64,000 nt of DNA from Thermoanaerobaculia bacterium (lineage in GTDB: Bacteria; Acidobacteriota; Thermoanaerobaculia; Gp7-AA8): NCBI GenBank assembly GCA_046260175.1, contig JBHEPS010000001.1, positions 3,502 to 67,501 on the forward strand, read 5' to 3'. Shown in pieces: positions 62,803 through 64,000 of the stretch (position 1 is its first letter; each line of letters opens with the position of its first letter). The notes beneath the pieces are model-generated. The model was not told the origin of the DNA. It searched no databases and saw only the letters and a program-made list of their open reading frames with translations. The position numbers and the translations under genes are program-made.

Positions 62803-64000
62803 ATGGACGACACTCAGGGACATGCCGGAGGCGAGGCGCCCCGCCGGAAAGAGACCAGTTTCGAGCGGCAGAAACGCCGCCCGATCCGCGGTTGCATCCG
62901 GCGGCTGGGCATCGCGCTGCTCGCCCTGCTCGTCATCCTGATTCTCGTGATCGTCGGCACCTGGTCGTACTTCGGGTCCGCCAGCTTTGCCCGATACGTC
63001 GCCACCAAGGTCGAGAATTTCCTCGAGTTCAAGCTCGGCCGCGACGTCACCATCGGGAAGGTGATCGTCTCGCGCGACCCGATCGGTCAGATCACCCTCC
63101 GCGACATCACGATCGCGAATGTTCCCGGAGCGACCCGCGAGCACTTCGCCACGGTCGACGAGGTCGTGATCGTCGGGGGCATCGAGTCGTTCTGGACCCG
63201 TACGCTCCGTCTGGGTCGCGTGGACGTTCGCGGCGCGCGACTGAACATGGAATTCTTTCCCGAGGGATCGCCGCTCTCTCACAATTTTCCGGGGTGGACG
63301 CCGGCGCAGCCACGGCGATTTCAGATTACAAGGGTCGAAGTCGACAAGATTTTCATCGCCGACGCGACGGTCGAGCTCCTCGACGGCGCGCGGGATCTCG
63401 AGATCCTCGCGCGCGGGATCTCGTCGGAGCTGACGCCGACTCTGAAGGAACAGATTTACGAAGGAACGGCAACGAGCCCCAGCGTGCTCGTGCAGTTCCG
63501 CGACTATGAGCGGCTCGACCTGACCATGAGGGCGGGCTATCGGTACGTCCCCGGCGTGCTCGTTCTCGATGGTGTGCTTCTCGAGCAGGAAGGCATCCGC
63601 CTCGCGCTGAGTGGCAAGGTCGACCCGCTGACCGAAGCCGTCTACCAGTTCGATCTCGAAGGCCTTCTGGAGCTCGCCGAGGTCCGCCGCATCTTCGCGC
63701 TCGATTCGGAGCTCGAAGGAACCATGGCCTTCGACGGGGGGCTCGAAGGTGAAAAGGGATCCTTCCGTCTGATTGGCGATTTCAGCATTCCCGAGCTGAT
63801 CGCTGACAGCTACGACCTCAGCGCGATGACGGGATCGCTGATCGCGACACCCGACCAGGTGTCGGTCGATCTCCAGGAAGCTCAGTACGGAGGAGGAACG
63901 CTCGCGGGCGATTTTCTGCTCGCGGACTTCGGAGATTCGTTGCCGATGTCGGTCAACCTCCGCTTCCGCAACGTCGCGCTCGAAAAGCTCTTCGGGGATT
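62803..64000 (+). CDS. AsmA/TamB-like outer-membrane biogenesis protein, N-terminal part; it continues beyond the window
   Basis: Basic N-terminus, one TM anchor (LGIALLALLVILILVIVGTW), then a long beta-rich region. The ORF is open at the window end. Confidence 0.55.
   Translation, partial: MDDTQGHAGGEAPRRKETSFERQKRRPIRGCIRRLGIALLALLVILILVIVGTWSYFGSASFARYVATKVENFLEFKLGRDVTIGKVIVSRDPIGQITLRDITIANVPGATREHFATVDEVVIVGGIESFWTRTLRLGRVDVRGARLNMEFFPEGSPLSHNFPGWTPAQPRRFQITRVEVDKIFIADATVELLDGARDLEILARGISSELTPTLKEQIYEGTATSPSVLVQFRDYERLDLTMRAGYRYVPGVLVLDGVLLEQEGIRLALSGKVDPLTEAVYQFDLEGLLELAEVRRIFALDSELEGTMAFDGGLEGEKGSFRLIGDFSIPELIADSYDLSAMTGSLIATPDQVSVDLQEAQYGGGTLAGDFLLADFGDSLPMSVNLRFRNVALEKLFGD

Noticed and set aside
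1-64000. tRNA, rRNA, integrase, transposase or prophage genes, and defence systems (RM, TA, CBASS, Pycsar)
   Set aside because: None were recognised. The class III cyclase at 17861-19549 carries FHA and GAF sensory domains and no effector partner. It is therefore judged to be a signalling enzyme, not a Pycsar or CBASS cyclase.

Overview
This is 64 kb of a very high-GC bacterial chromosome, roughly 67-68% GC. The gene content (many eukaryotic-like Ser/Thr kinases, FHA, TPR, PKD and GGDEF proteins) looks like Acidobacteriota or Myxococcota, but that taxon guess is low confidence. Coding is dense, about 70 genes on both strands, with no rRNA, tRNA, CRISPR array, integrase or transposase found.

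Content falls into three groups.
- Housekeeping: gltX; the ffh-rpsP-KH-rimM/trmD-rplS-rnhB operon; truA-thiL; thiD; lepB; pyrF; purD; a PolX polymerase; an NAD isocitrate/isopropylmalate-dehydrogenase-family enzyme; arcA-arcC.
- Envelope: a class A PBP; three orphan pseudopilins; an O-antigen-ligase-like protein; glycosyltransferases; a cyclophilin; a DUF4097 adhesin-like protein; a secreted 1225-aa metzincin-FN3-PKD protein; a TauE exporter; a CDF transporter.
- Signalling: one GGDEF-EAL and one GGDEF protein; two ECF sigma/anti-sigma modules; and a large phospho-Ser/Thr island (2 kinases, 4 FHA proteins, a PP2C, a membrane-tethered trypsin-like protease-FHA fusion, and an FHA-GAF-class III cyclase).

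Non-coding and unusual signals:
- A ~40-nt canonical G-quadruplex motif occurs twice, in inverted orientation about 6.7 kb apart, each 6-7 nt after a stop codon.
- A ~108-bp REP/MITE-like element with GTAGGGACC/GGTCCCTAC termini occurs twice.
- A heptamer (ATAGGAC) inverted-repeat element follows the CDGSH gene.
- Part of the terminator after the LVIVD-like hypothetical gene is duplicated, with a second palindrome downstream.
- A 92-bp patch at 28% GC, made of rare codons, sits exactly on the catalytic motif of an APH-family kinase.
- rimM and trmD are fused in one frame.
- Two outward-facing TATAATCCG promoter elements lie in the divergent region between the PP2C and cyclase genes.

The many long antisense ORFs in the six-frame track are treated as high-GC shadow ORFs.
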